From assembly GCA_023213395.1 (NCBI GenBank), contig CM041465.1:126363741-126427740 (forward strand): a stretch of DNA of 64,000 bases, written 5' to 3'. The stretch comes from Cycas panzhihuaensis. Taxonomy: Eukaryota > Plantae > Cycadophyta. A program made the translations under genes and the position numbers. The notes beneath the pieces were generated by a model, which did not search any database, was not told the origin of the DNA, and worked only from the letters and a program-made list of their open reading frames with translations. The first letter of the stretch is position 1. Every line of letters starts with the position of its first letter. This document shows, in pieces, positions 37,731 to 51,353 of the stretch.

Positions 37731-40007
37731 TCATGAGCCTGCCTCGCTCTCCTCGTCCCGTGGCCGTCTCGGGGTCGTAGCCGCTGTGTGGGTTTGTGTC
37801 CGGCTCCTGCTCGACCTCGAGACCATCTCGGCCACCAGCTGGTCGTAGCGGACCTGGATGCGGTCCCTCTCGCCCCGTAGTCCCTCCTCGACGATTCTCG
37901 CTCTATCCTCCAACGCCTTAAGGCGCTCCTCTAGGACTGCGAGGCGAGTGCTGATCCCTGCGTCCCCTCCTGCTCCGCTCTGGCTCCTCGAAGCCTGGGC
38001 CTCTGCAACCCAGATGTCTCGCACCCTCACCAGTGGGGCGAATGCCCGCATGTAGGCTCCCGTCGATCTAGGCGCATCCTTTGCCTGGATAGGCGGTTGT
38101 CCCTCTGCGTAGACCTGAGGGAACAACTCCCTCATCGCAGCCTCGACCAGTCTCTGAACCTCCGCTACGCCTGCCAATGCAACATGCAGTGTGTCAGTGT
38201 GTATCCTCGATGTGTATAAAGCAAAATCAGAATCAAATCTCTGTCTAGATGTCAAACGACTAGGGGAACGGTTAGGTCTCACCTGCCGTGGCCGCCGGAC
38301 TCCCTGCTCGGGCGACATCTCCCTCTCCTGGCTCCCCGCCAGCTGCCGGTGCCTCATCCTCAGGCACATCCTCTGCCTCTGCCTCGTCTCTAGCAGGGAT
38401 TGGCTCAACTCTCGCCCCTCCGGATCTCCTCACGATCCGGAGCCTGCGCCCCCTGGTCCCTGTAGCCCTGCTCACCTCCGCAGCTCCTGATGGGCCTGCC
38501 CCTCCTGTGGTAGCCCCAGATGATCCTGCTGCACCTCCCGACGGCTGTGACGGACCTGCCTCTCCTGCAGGTCGTGATGGGCCGGCCCCATCTCACCCGT
38601 CGTCACTGTCGTCGCCCCCATCGCCCCCATCGGCGCCATCATCGTCGCTATCCTCGATGGGTGCTCCTCCCTCTGCTGGGTCATCGCTCGCCCACCTCAC
38701 CGCCCTGTATGGATCCGCCACGTAATCTGTCAGGGTGAGGAGGTCGAGCGATGTCGCGTCGACCGACCGGCGGACATGAGGCTGATCCTCTGTCCCTCTG
38801 AACCTCGTCTGCCACCTGTGGACCATCGGGGCCCACCTCGCTATGGGGAATGGCCCCCCTGCTGGCGCCACTACCGCAAAGTGATCAAAGAACCAGCACT
38901 GCAGTAATGTGCTGTATGAGAGTCCGCCTCTCCCCGATCTCCTGATAGCGTCTAGTTGGGCGATAAGGTTCGCCGCAACCAGGGTCGCCCAATCCATCCT
39001 CTCGCCGGCCTCACCTGCCGTCCTGGCCCACCCATCCTCCGAGGATCTCCTCAGAGTTACATTCCGGGAGATCCGGAACAGAATGCATAGTAGTATGAGC
39101 TTCCTCACCCGAGGAATCCCCGACATAAGTACTGTCTGGAGGGGAGCTCCCCTCCGCTGCCACCTAGCTCCCCCCGTGAGGAACTGAGCTGCCTCCGTGT
39201 GTGCTGCCTCATTGCTAGGCAGCGCCCTCAGTCTCACGGGTCTCCCCGTCGCCGGCACCCCCAGGATCCGCCTGACATCCTCCGGAGTGACGGTGACATC
39301 CCCTATCTGGGGCAAGTGAAATACGTGTCTCCTCCTATCCCAGTGCGACACTATGTCCACCAGGAGCCTCTGATCCGATGCGAACTGGGGGGTCTTCAGG
39401 GCCTTGTACAGCCCGCATCTCTTCAAGACCGCTCTATCATCCTCCGTCGACATCTCCAAATAGCTCAGGATGGGCATGCCGACGTTCTCGCGGTTATCTA
39501 CCGCGGTGACTACCTGTAACCAGTAAAAGCCAGCCAAAGTTAGTCTCCTAGCAGTCACCTAGGCTCCTAGCTATCCTGTCAGTTGTTTTCTCTGCTTTTG
39601 GGAGCTATTTGGGCCCCCGTTTCTTGTTTTACGATTTCCTGCCTGCGTACCGCTCCAAATTTAGCGGTACCGCTAAATTCAGAGCGGGCCCCGCGGCAAT
39701 CAATACATCAGCAAAGATCGCGGTGCCGCGATCTTTCTGCAGATCACGTGACATTCTAAAAAGGGGTTTTTGCCCCCGAAAATCAAATTTTTTTGTGGTG
39801 GACCCCACGTGGGGCCCAAGGACCGTGGTCGCCTAATGCCTGTGTCCCGCCTCTTGCCGAGTCCGATTCAGACTCCGAGGGGCTTCTAACCGCCCATAAG
39901 GGGCGTAAAAAGCATTAAAATTGAAGCTAAAAGCAATGAACTTCAAATTGTGAAATGACTAGGTTTTCGTTGGATCCACTCACCGGATCCGGTCTGACGG
40001 TCGCCAT
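37731..40007 (-). CDS. Antisense three-exon plant mobile domain (PMD, aminotransferase-like) gene; exons 40007-39984, 39513-38283, 38170-37731; one in-frame TGA at 38593-38595
   Basis: PMD motif IVSHWDRRRHVFHLPQIGDVTVTPEDVRRILGVP. Donors CCG|GTGAGT and CAG|GTGAGA; acceptors CTAAC..TTACAG| and CTGAC..GGCAG|. Both splices preserve the frame (565 codons). Confidence 0.8.
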
Positions 40008-40167
40008 GGGGTCTCCGGGATCGTGGCAACTGTCTCCTCGCGTAGATCCAATGGTCGGATCGTCCTCGGTGTGCCTCTGAAGTCGGGTAGCGCTCCGCGT
40101 CGTAAGGAAAAGGCTCTGGTTTCGTACGAGAGCCGGTGAAAATGAATCCGGTTTTCATTGATTTTCC

Positions 40168-40174
40168 TTATATA
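40168..40174 (-). promoter_or_regulatory. Putative TATA box (TATATAA) for the antisense PMD gene
   Basis: CCTATATAAGG on the minus strand, about 160 bp upstream of the exon-1 ATG, in a GC-rich context. Confidence 0.5.
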
Positions 40175-40705
40175 GGCGGGGGCCCCGGCGGGCACTTCTC
40201 CCGTTTTTGGCTTCGTGACAGTCGTTGGGACCGTCTCGTCGCGCTGATTACCTTTGCCTTCTGGCCCTGCCGCCCATTGCGTTCCATGGATGCCCTTCTC
40301 GTTTTCCTTTACGAAGGCATTTATGGCGCCTCATTATGGCGCTCTTGGCAGGGCCCTTTTGCACCGTTTTGCGCGCTGCTCCCGAGCATGCCCAAGTTTA
40401 TACTTGTTTGGCTCGTTTCGCTGCCCTGGACTCATTTTTGCGGCCTTTTCTTGCCCCTGAGGCTCCCAAAAGAAATGCTCCCCTGTCTGGGGGCATGTGT
40501 TGCTTCCCGGAGCAACTTTTGGGGACTCTAGGGCGCCCTTTTTCTGCCTACTCTCAGTCAGTGCCCTGATGGCTTGCTCTCGTTCTTGGGTAACCTCATT
40601 GCTAGGTCCTCCTACCCTTCGCGGCCCGCTCCGCGCCTGCTATTCGAGTCTTTGTGTTGCTTACATTACTATTTGTGATTGTTTACCAGAGTTTAGCATT
40701 CGACC

Positions 40706-41128
40706 ATGTCTCTCCTTATTTTCACCGATGGTGGGAGTCGCGGCAACCCCGGACCTTCCGCCGCTGCGTGGATTCTCCACAGCCCCTCCGGACACGACTA
40801 CCTGCGTTCCGGAGTCTTCCTTCCCGAGGCCACCAATAACGAAGCCGAGTACACGGCCATTATTGACGCCCTTACCGATGCTCTTCGTTTCCATCACGGT
40901 TCTATTGTGCTGTTCTGCGATTCTCAGGTTGTGGTGTCCCATCTCACCCAGGTTTATCAGGTGCGATGCCCTCACCTGAGAACCCTCGCGTCTGCCGCCA
41001 GGTCTCTCTTGGCTTGTTTCTCATCGGTGGATATTCAGCATATCCCCAGGCACCTCAACGCTGAGGCCGACAGCCTCGTCCGCCTCATCCTTGAGCGTCG
41101 CCTCCCTCTTCTTGATGACCGCCGCTGA
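40706..41128 (+). CDS. Stand-alone RNase HI (archaeal-type 'aRH' of Tat retrotransposons)
   Basis: FTDGGSRGNPG, ATNNEAEY, CDS and HIPRHLNAEAD: all four acidic catalytic residues are present. The ORF has its own ATG and stop. Confidence 0.9.
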   Translation: MSLLIFTDGGSRGNPGPSAAAWILHSPSGHDYLRSGVFLPEATNNEAEYTAIIDALTDALRFHHGSIVLFCDSQVVVSHLTQVYQVRCPHLRTLASAARSLLACFSSVDIQHIPRHLNAEADSLVRLILERRLPLLDDRR

Positions 41129-41480
41129 GGCTTGCCTGGCCAGCCCGTGCCCAAGTCTCCAGTTGCGGGCTAGTTAGATGTGCTTGCCCTGTTTGCCGGA
41201 TGCCCTCCTGCTTCACATTGCACCATGGTAACGGGGGCATCCCGTTCTTCTTGCTTGCTTGATTTAGATTCGATGATTAGGCAGCGTGGCGACCACTACG
41301 TTGTCCTCGTCTCTGTCTCCCTTGTCCACGCGTTCCGCCACGACACTTGCCTACGCCCTTGGACCACGTGCTGCTCTTTATTGTTTATATATATGCATGT
41401 GCTACTCATGTTTCTTGGTTGACAGCATTCGCCATCACATTACGCTTCCGAGCAGTGAGGCTCTACTGCCAAGGGGCCAG

Positions 41481-43984
41481 TGTTTCCCAGCTATTGGGAA
41501 TGGACTCGAGACGCATCGACACAGGTGGGTGCAGGTATATGCTCTTACTTTGCTTGCTTACGATTGCTGAAGTAATCTAGGATGGTTTGATTGACATGTG
41601 CCTGCCTACATGCATTTGTTTGATTGCCTGTTCATAATGCATGTACTAGCGGCACCTCTTAGCCTATGACGACTCACGGTGAGGCATTCATTAGCGAATG
41701 CGACACCCCGTATGGCGTACGACCACTCATGATGTCTCCATGGTCTTTTGGGATGCTTTTGCCAGCCTGTTTATTCGTGCTACCACATGCCACTTATGTT
41801 GCAAACCCTTCCTAAGCCCGGTTTGACCCTTAGTTAGGACTCTTTGCACCGTTTGAGTACTTGCCTATGGCCTAAACCTGCTTTTAATTAATGCATTTCA
41901 ATTTTAACTTATGATTTTACCCTAAAAACTGGATTTCCTATATTATTTTTCTGTTTTTCTGAGTTTCGTCTGGTAGTAGTAAACTAAGCGATCAGCGGAG
42001 TTTCCAGTGATGCCAAGTTTCTTGTGACGATCTGCTTAAAATTCGAAAAAGAGAAGCCTGACGGTGACGCGTTTTTGCGCGGAACTGCCTCGTGGCTCCC
42101 AACCGTTGGAGGCGCCCGAGGGCCCCCAACGTTCACTTGCTTTGCTCAAGGCATAAAAGCCCTTTTCTTACTCATTTGTGATAATTCTCTACTTCATTTT
42201 TTGGACTCTCTACTTCACTCTCTCAAGTTTTCTAGAGCATTTCTTCATAAAAGAAAAAGACCAAGAAGCATTGACAAGAGGCATCCTTCCACAACTGCGG
42301 GACAGAGGTAACAAGGGCTGCTATAGCTGGAGTTGCAGGGCCGTTGCCGCCTCCTACGGAGCTCCAATACAAGCACTCTTCCTCCTCATACACACCCAAG
42401 GTTTTCAAGGGGATTTCTCATCAAGAAAAAAAAACACTACAAAGAGCCATTCCCAGGCTCTCAACTTGCATGAGGCTTTACCACCCTATTCTCTTGCAAG
42501 GGACATGCAACACCACCTCATAGGCATCGTTTGGACCGCTGCTCCAAGTTGCCAAGCGCCTACATGCACTCATTCTTCACCGTTCGAGGTATTTAGTGTC
42601 TCTTGTTGAGTGGTTCTTTTTGCTTGTTTTTTTATTTGTTTATTTGCAAATCTTTTCCTACCTTTGCACATGCATTTCCTTGAGTTTCCTTCGGTCATTT
42701 GATGCACAGAACCGTAGCGATTGTGGCCTATTGGAGTGTTGCCCTAGGCTAGGCCCAGTTTCTCACTTTTCCCTAAACTCATCCTTTTCCTCCAACCCCT
42801 CTCTTTCACCATTTCCTAGGCTAGCCGGCATAAAGGGTTACACGAGGATTCGAGGGAGGTAGGCGGGGTTCCGTCCCCCATTGACGTCCTACTCCCCAAG
42901 GGTTCCGTCCCTTATCCTCTCCCCCTTTATCTCACTTTTCGCTTAGGAAACGGGGCTAGAGAAGCTTTGGAGAGTCAGTTTGAGTACCCGTCTTGGCATA
43001 GGCTACCCGTTGCTACACGAACCGTTCTGTTACATGCTAGCACCGCTTCCCTATACCTTGTGGAGACCTCTCGTGGGTGAGTTAGCCATCCCGAGGCTAC
43101 ACTCAGTCCCATTTGGTGCATTCGTGGTGTATGACAGTTGCATAGTTGTCGTGTGACTTTGTTTCTTTTTCGTTGCATGCTAGTGCTGAACTATGTTTCC
43201 CTACCTTAGTCAGTTTCATTTACGGCATATACATATATATATATTTCCGTGTTTCGTAGCCTCTCTCCCGAGAGGAGGGTATTCTGTTTGATTGTTCACA
43301 GGAGCGCTCGAGAGGAAGGGGCGCAGGAGATCGACCCGTTGCCGGTCGACGCTTGCATGGTACGCTTCCCTTCGTTTATGCTGTTTTGAGTTTTACTTTC
43401 TGTTATTTCAGTTTAGCTAGTCCTTGCTTGCTTTTGGGGAGGTAAGTGGACCCCTTTTATCGCCTTCGACCGACGTCATATACGAGGAGGACGGCGGGAG
43501 GAAGCGCAACCGTGGAGGGAAACCTGCGTCTCTGCCCAAACGCCGGATCTGTATTTCACGTATCTTTCATACTCTCTTTTATGCTCTTACATTTCTTGCA
43601 TTTATTTTAATAGTTAAAGGAACATAAAAGAAAAAGAAAGAATCATTTACTTTACGCTTGCTTTTCCTGTACATTTGCTTTACTTGCACCTTTTTTATTA
43701 TACCCCGCATACCATAGTGTTCGGAGACCCTTTGATCGGTCCCCCTTGGCCATTGCCTTGAGAAGCTGCGACGTGCGAGGTTCCTTTTCCCTTCCCGGCC
43801 ATCCGAAGGGTAGGAAGGCCTCGCCTTGCGGCCACTGGAGCAACCAGGGCACCTTGCGATCCGTGCAGCGCTCGCGCAAGCGGACGTCCTGCGAGGTATG
43901 ATCCTCGCTTTCTAGCTTGCTTAGCATATTACTTTATGCCCTTCCCGCTAGACGTTGGGTCATTGCCCCGCGGAGAGCGTTTCA
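41481..43984 (+). repeat. 3' LTR of the Gypsy element (2504 bp; lacks 56 bp relative to the 5' LTR)
   Basis: Same termini; preceded by a purine tract (aaggggccag). Confidence 0.95.
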
Positions 43985-44875
43985 GTGACAAATCCATTAG
44001 CTATCATGACAATGGATCAATTGAGATATAAGGATGGATAAATTTAACAATGCTAATAATTTTTGTATTCGTGAATGATAGTTTTCAAGAGTGATAATCA
44101 AGAGAAGGGTGATACGAGACAATGTGAAAGGTAAGGTAGATACACGTGTTATATTTGGCAATGGAGCTATAAATGTTGAATATATTGTCATATAAATATG
44201 AGATGAGAATAATTGGTAGGGAAACAAGTTGGGGATGAGAAGTATATGGGCGGTGTAAGTGAACGCAATGAATGTGGGCACTTTAGAAATAGAGTCATGG
44301 AGTATTAATTCAATGAGTATTAAAGGTTTTTTCATAAATATGATGATCTCGATACGCAAGTAGTGATTGTCTAGATGATGGTAAAAGAAATAATGTTAGG
44401 AGGTTAACCATAATCAAAGGTTATAAGAGAGTTAAATTCAAGAATGGTACGAACTTGTATATAATAATGGTTATTAAAATTGACATCTATAAAGACTAAA
44501 CAAAATGACAACCATTAGGTAATACAAGGTAATATGGTAGTCAGTAGCTAGGTGTGTGTAATGTTACTAGCAAGCGTAACATTATGGGAAGTAAAAGTGA
44601 TAAGCATGATGCAATGGTGCTATTTTAAGGCATTTACTTAGATACATACAATTACCTCATAATTCTATGGGGTTGGTAGGGAGTTAATGAACGATTGCAT
44701 TGTAAGATCTCCATCAACGTGACTTAAACAATTTGCATAAACTTTTCACTATTTATATACACACATAAGCAAGGAAGTTAATAGAGATTACCTAAGAGTT
44801 ATCAAAGTACAAAAACCTTTGCATGGGTCAAGGTTTAGAAATTGTTAAGGAACTCCTTGCAAAGGATGTCTCTAG

Positions 44876-47800
44876 TGTTGAATACTTCAGAATCTAAGAA
44901 ATCATGTGCTTTGATCAATATATTAAGTAAAATAATATAACTATGCAATAAAACGTGTGAAATAAATAAGCATAACTCAGATGGACAAAGTACGGGTGGA
45001 TTTGCCACCACATAGAGCTCTATTTGGGAGGATCTTCTACATTAATCATAATCCAATGTATAACACAATGGTGCGAGTCTTAATTTATAGTCAACTTGCC
45101 AATACTTGAAAGATGCAATAGGCTCACTAAGCAACAAATAAGGCGGATCTGACTAGTTTATATAATAACATTAAATTATAACAAAGGGTCGCCTTAATAT
45201 TATACAATGTGCACAAATTATATGAAGTACAAGAAATGATGGGTGTTATTACATGGTTTTAACACCATCCCTTAGTAGGAGCTTCATTTCTTCTGATACC
45301 GAGGTCATGTCTAAACCGTTTAAACTTTGATTTACTAAGAGCTTTGGTGAAGATGTCCACAACCTGGTCCTCAGTTGGATGATAGACGAAATTAGCTTCT
45401 CCGTTCTAGACATGTTCATGGATGAAGTGATGATGGATCTCAATGTATTCGGCTCTATCATGAAATACAGGATTCCATCTCTGATACACTTTGATTGTGG
45501 TAATCGAGGATGATGGGTGCATGTCATTGAAGTCCAAGTTCAGTAAGAATGCTTTTAAGATAAATCAACTCAGTTGTATGATGGACAACTGCTTTATATT
45601 CTATTTTGATGGAGGAAATAGAAACACTTGGCTGCTTATTATAGCTCCACGAGATTACAACTAAATTTACGTCAAAATAATAACCTGAAGTTGAGTCGTG
45701 AGTATCTTGGCAACTTGCCCAGTCAGCATCTATATGTCCTTTTAGTATAGGGGGATTAGATTAGTTATAGTTAACGCCAAACTGATGTGTGCCATGGATA
45801 TATCTGAGAATCCTAGTATAGGCTTTCTAATGATATACTTTTGGTTATGACATGTACCTAGAATAGATCTCTACTACATATAAAATATCCATACGAGTGT
45901 GGGTGAAATAGATGAGGTTTCCAACTAATTGTCGGTACAAAGTGGGATCAAAAGGCTTTCCTTGTTTATCTAGGTTTGGGTTAGTTCCTTTCTCCATAGG
46001 AATTTATGCTGTTTTATATATTGTCATCCTAAATTTTTCTAAAAGCTCATTGGCATACTTTGTTTGAGTCAGGAAGATGTGTCTTAGTTCTTGTCAAACA
46101 TAATGTTCAAGGAAGTAGTGGAGTAACCTACGATCTGTCATCTCAAAGTTACCTCTCAATTATGATTGAAGCCAAGCAAGGCCATCTGTGTCATTGTCAA
46201 TGATTGCAAGATCATTTACATAGAGAACAACGATTGCGGTCAAATTATCTCTAGCCCGAATGTAGAGATCTAGGTCATAGGGTGAACAATTGAATCCGTG
46301 CTAGTTAAGGACATCATCAATCTTTATACACCAGGTACATTGTGCTTGTTTCAGTCTATAGATGGATTTTTCGAGTCTACATACTGAGTATTCTTATCTT
46401 GGACTAGTATAGATGGGGTGTTGTTTGAAGAAAACCTATTCTTTAAGGTCTCTATTGAGGAAAGTACTCTTCACATCTATTTGCTAAATACGCCAATTAA
46501 ATTAGATTGCTAAGGACATAACCAAATGGAGTGTGATCACATTAGCTACCAGTGCAAAGGTCTTGTCATAATCAATCCCCTCTTATTATTTAAAACCACT
46601 TGCTATAAGGCGAGCTTTGCGAGTGTCATATTTTGTAAGGCCTTTTAGCAATTATGGGAGGAGGAACATCTATTAATAATTGTTATACCCATTAGGATTT
46701 AGTTGAATGCTAGTGGCTTCCACCTGAAGGTCATCAACTAAAATTAGAGGTAAAGTTATACTTTCTTGAGTTGTTGATGTAGATGCTACTGGAATCGATG
46801 AAGCAGCTGGAGTGTACGAGGAGGCTAGTATTGGTGGCTCCACAATTTGTCCAAGAGTCACTTAAGATGCATGAACTTCTTCTACTGCTATAATATAAGG
46901 TTGAGGTGGAGGTAGGTCCTATGAATCTTCTATAAATATTATATCCCGTGTTGCGTAAACTTGGTTCCCAACCATGTCAAACACTTTATAGGCTTTCCAA
47001 CCAAGTACATAATTAAGGAAGATGCATTTCAGACTCTTGTCATCAAGCTTGTGTTTGTTTTCCTTTGAAATATGTTTATATTCCATGCATCCAAAGATCT
47101 TCACGGGGGCTACCAATGGTTTCTGACATGACCAAACTTCTTCAAGAGTAATATTCCTAACTACAATTCTGGGACTTATGTTGGTTAGATAAATAGTTAT
47201 GGTTGTGGCATCAACCCAGGATCTGGTGGTAAGATTTGCAGCACTGAGCATTGCTTTTCCTTTATTTATCAATGCCTAATTCATTCTTTTAACCACACCA
47301 TTTGGTTGAGGTGTGTGGGGAGCTGAGAACTGATGTTGGATGCCATGTTCCTTGCCCAAAATGTTGGACTGATTAGAAATATACTCGCCACCATTATCAG
47401 GTCTAAGGAGCTTGATTATCATTCTACTTTTCTTTTCTATGGCAGCTTTGAACTCTTTGAATTTATTTAGGGTTTTATACTTATTTCTCAGGAGATAAAC
47501 CTACATTTTCCTTGAGAAGTCATCTATGAATGTGATGAAATGCCAGCTTTTATTGAGTGGTTAGACAGGTACCAACCCGCGAATTTCTGGGTGGACCATC
47601 TCTAACGGCGCTGAGGATCTCCATGCGTTCTTAGAAGGAAAATTTTCTCGTTAGTGCTTTTCTATTAGGCAAGCCTCACATATGTTGTTGTACCTCTTAA
47701 TTTTATGTAAACCATGTACCATTTGGAGCTTAAACATGAGGTCCAAGCTTTGCATGTTTAAATGACTTAGGCATTAATTCCATAGGTATACTTTGGAGCC

Positions 47801-49230
47801 ATTTGAGATGATAATTTCCTTTTAATATGAGAATTCACCTGGTTCTTATATACAGGGGGACTCTTCATTAATGACTTCATTTACCTCATCAATTTGAGCT
47901 GTGTTGGGAATTGAACAAGCTTCATTTTATGGAGTAGTTGTAAGGGGGATACCACCCAACCTATATAGGCCACCATCTTCATATCTTATGGCCACAAGCT
48001 TGCACGTTGCATGATCTGCGATTCTACTAATGCCCTAGACAAAGAGGACATCTAAATTCTGTTTGTTTATTTCATTGATAGAGAGCAAGTTCATCTCCAT
48101 TTCAGGTGCAAGGAATATATTATTGATGTGGTGCCTCATATTGGAGTCCTTCAAAGCTATTGGAGCCCTACCAATTTTGGTCATTATCGTAAGCCAAATT
48201 ATCCCCAAATGTGATAGTTTGAGTATCGACTGGGCGAGTCTCTTCTAACATTTTTTCTAATCCGATCATATATCTCCTTGCACCTGACTCAAGAAGCCAT
48301 GCATCCTCATCAAGTTGTGCAGAAAGAGCTGTAAAAAATAGGTGATGGAAGGAGGAATCCTAATTGTGTACCACATTACTTCCGTATTATTTATTATTAT
48401 GCTGGTTTCTTTAATTTTTGATAGTGAATTACTGCTTATTTTGAGGTCTTTCTCCTTGAGCAGGTCTCAGATTCCAATTATGTTGGTAGAATTGGCCTTG
48501 TGGTTGGAATGATGACCCTTCTTATTGTTGAATAAGGCCTCTTTATTGGAAATATGGGCCTCCTTGTTACAAAATAAGACCTCGCTATTATGGAAACGGG
48601 GCTCTTTGTAGAAGGCACGATCCTCCTTAGTAATATCCTTGTCTCTATTAAGAGTAACTAGGACCTCTTTATTGATATGAGGGTGGTCCTTATTAGTAGG
48701 TTAGGCCTAATCGTTGATAATAAGAGGTAGCTTATTAGAAGCGAGGCCCATATGATTGACTCAATTGATTTTACAAGAGTTGTGAATCAACTTGTCCTCA
48801 CTTGCATTAACAGAAGTGTCTTTTTTTATCATAGTAGAGGCAACTGACATCTGGTCTAACCTATTAATTCTTTTAAAGTTGTGCATATGGCTGGTATTGA
48901 GACTGCTGATGCCAATGAGTTAGACGGGAGGAGGAGGTGTTAATTGGTTATTACTTCTTTTAGGTTGGTTGTTGATATGGCTCTTGGGATATGGTCAGAG
49001 AATCTAAGTGTTGAGTTAGATCTTGGTGTTGACTAAGTTGTTGAGTTGATCTATTGATAGTCTTACGCTTTTCTGAGTTATGGGCTGTAAAGGTAGGAGC
49101 GGGGTTAGATATACATGTCGCCCCAAGTCAGTCAGTTGAGTATATTCTCCTCTTATAACAAGAGTTCCTCGCAGGTTGTGAAGTCTATTTTGGAATAATT
49201 ACCATTTAATTTGGAAACAAAGGAGTTATA
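44876..49230 (-). mobile_element. Decayed Ty1/Copia element, HOR copy of 9665-14000 (candidate LTR 44876-45264)
   Basis: Near-identical to 9665-14000. Confidence 0.75.
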
Positions 49231-50855
49231 TTCTATAGGTAGGATGTCAATGATGCTAGAGATTAAATCATGGTTTGAAAGTGGTTCATTAAGGATTATA
49301 AGTTAGTTCCTAGTTATTTTGATTTTAATCAAGTGGTGTGCAACGCTGCCAAAAAATGTATACTTTTATCAAAACGTTATGAACTTAAAGAAGATAAGTC
49401 ATGAAAATAAGATTAATTTTAGATTCACGTATTCATTATAGGGTGTACCCTATGCTTGGCACAAATAATTATACCCAACTAAGACATGGGAGAATATTAT
49501 GAAGTAATTTAAGGAGATATTGTAAAAGTTTTTAAGTAATGAGGTAGTGGAGTTATCTCTCAAGGAAATGAGATAAAGGCTAGTAGAATTACTTTTAATA
49601 CGTATATGAAAAATAAATATTAAAGTTGTAAGTATTATGAATGGAGAAAAAATCATGGATTATAATAAGAGAAACTATTTTATAAATGGGCTAAATTCTA
49701 AAGTAAGGGCCATAATGGTGATTCATTCCTTGAAATGCTTCCATTTCACACATGAGTTGGTATTACACTTTGAGAAAGAGATGGGCATTTAAAAGGGCAG
49801 CCATAAACCTTATTATTTAGATCACAAGATAAAATGTAATAATTTAGAAGCCAAAATATAAATAAACCTTGCTATTAAGAAACAAAATTAAGGAGACCTC
49901 AAAAGTAGAAGCCTTTAAAAAGGAAGTCACAAGATTAAAGTTATAAAGAAAGAAACATCAGCTTACTAAGGAGAAGAAGAATAAAAATATATAAGGGTAA
50001 CGAATCGTAATTGAAGAAGTGGTGTCACATTTGTGATAATAATTCATATTCTAGTAAAAAATGTGACCTAAATGAGAGGAATAATATGGTAAAAGAGTAA
50101 AGTACATGGTGTTATATTTGTGATATGTATAACCATAATATGAATAAACACTATTTTAATATATGTAAAACAAACCAATACGGTACAAGTTATGGAAGAA
50201 GGAACAACTTAACCATGATGCAATATACTAATGACGCAGGAAGGCATGTGAAAAAATAATAATGCATGAAGAGAGAGTAAAGGAAATGTACTAAACTAAC
50301 TAAAATAATAGAGATAAAATTGATCTATCCTCATAGAAAATACCTATAGAGAGATCAAACATCACCTAATAAGAAGGCTGTTAAAATCTAAGAGGTCCAC
50401 TAGAGCATATATGCCTAAACTATTGAGAAAAGTATGTGCTTGGCCTATTGCAGATACCCTTTATAAAGAAGAATATCCTATCCTAACCCAGACTCTTAAA
50501 TATACCTAAAACACTAGACTCAATCTTAAAATATGAGAAGGGACTAACTAGAGTAAGAGGCCTAAAGGAGTTAAGACCACATGATCCATATGATCATTAG
50601 GTAGGTTCTTGGAAAATTATCAATAACAGTGACTCATCTCACATAAGTTTGAGATAGGCTAACAATACATGCATTTAACTCCAACTAGCATCAAGCTGTA
50701 ATAGGTAAAATAAAAAGAGGCCACTGCTCTCAATAAGATGCATAGAGTTCACTCAGTTGTTGAGGCCACACATATAAACGCATAGTGAGGGTAGATGCCC
50801 ACCATTAGGCCAATCAGAATATGAATCGTAAGACTCTTCTCACATAAGGGCAAAA

Positions 50856-51353
50856 GATCACCTCTCTCATCTAATGGTTAAATCTAGGTTCAAAGAAAGT
50901 GATCTACCTTATTTGTAAAAGAATAAGTACTTTGAGATATTATGTATCTTGATGTATTTTGTATATGCAAGAAGATAATTTATATCTTCTTGTTGTTTAG
51001 AGATTAAAGTCAAATAATTATTGTTGAACTAATTTCTAGGTGTGATGTTGATGTACTCTAAAGTAAATAAATAGGAATTCATTATTTTGAATCAAATAAG
51101 AAAACCAATGACAAAAAAGAGTTAAATTTAAGAATCGAAATGTTTACTAGACGAATAAAGAGCGTAGAAGCTGTTTTCTTTCATTGTGTTTGGACGTTAC
51201 TAATATTGACAACACAATGTAGATGATGCACTATCAAGAGCGAATGATTCCCAGGGATTACATCTACCTTCATTTTAGTTTGTAGAAATGGTGCTTCAAA
51301 GCTTCCTTAGTAGAAAGACGTTCCCTTGGGTCAAACTTCAACAAACCTCGAAG
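50856..51353 (-). pseudogene. Truncated kinase 3' fragment
   Basis: Aligns with 5933-6421; same fusion junction. Confidence 0.85.

Larger units (their letters stand above)
30400..43984 (+). mobile_element. Non-autonomous Ty3/Gypsy (Tat/Ogre-like) LTR retrotransposon, 13585 bp
   Basis: TG...CA LTRs. TSD GTGAC at 30395-30399 and 43985-43989; the empty site is at 8776-8780. PBS, PPT, gag, protease and aRH are present. Confidence 0.95.
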
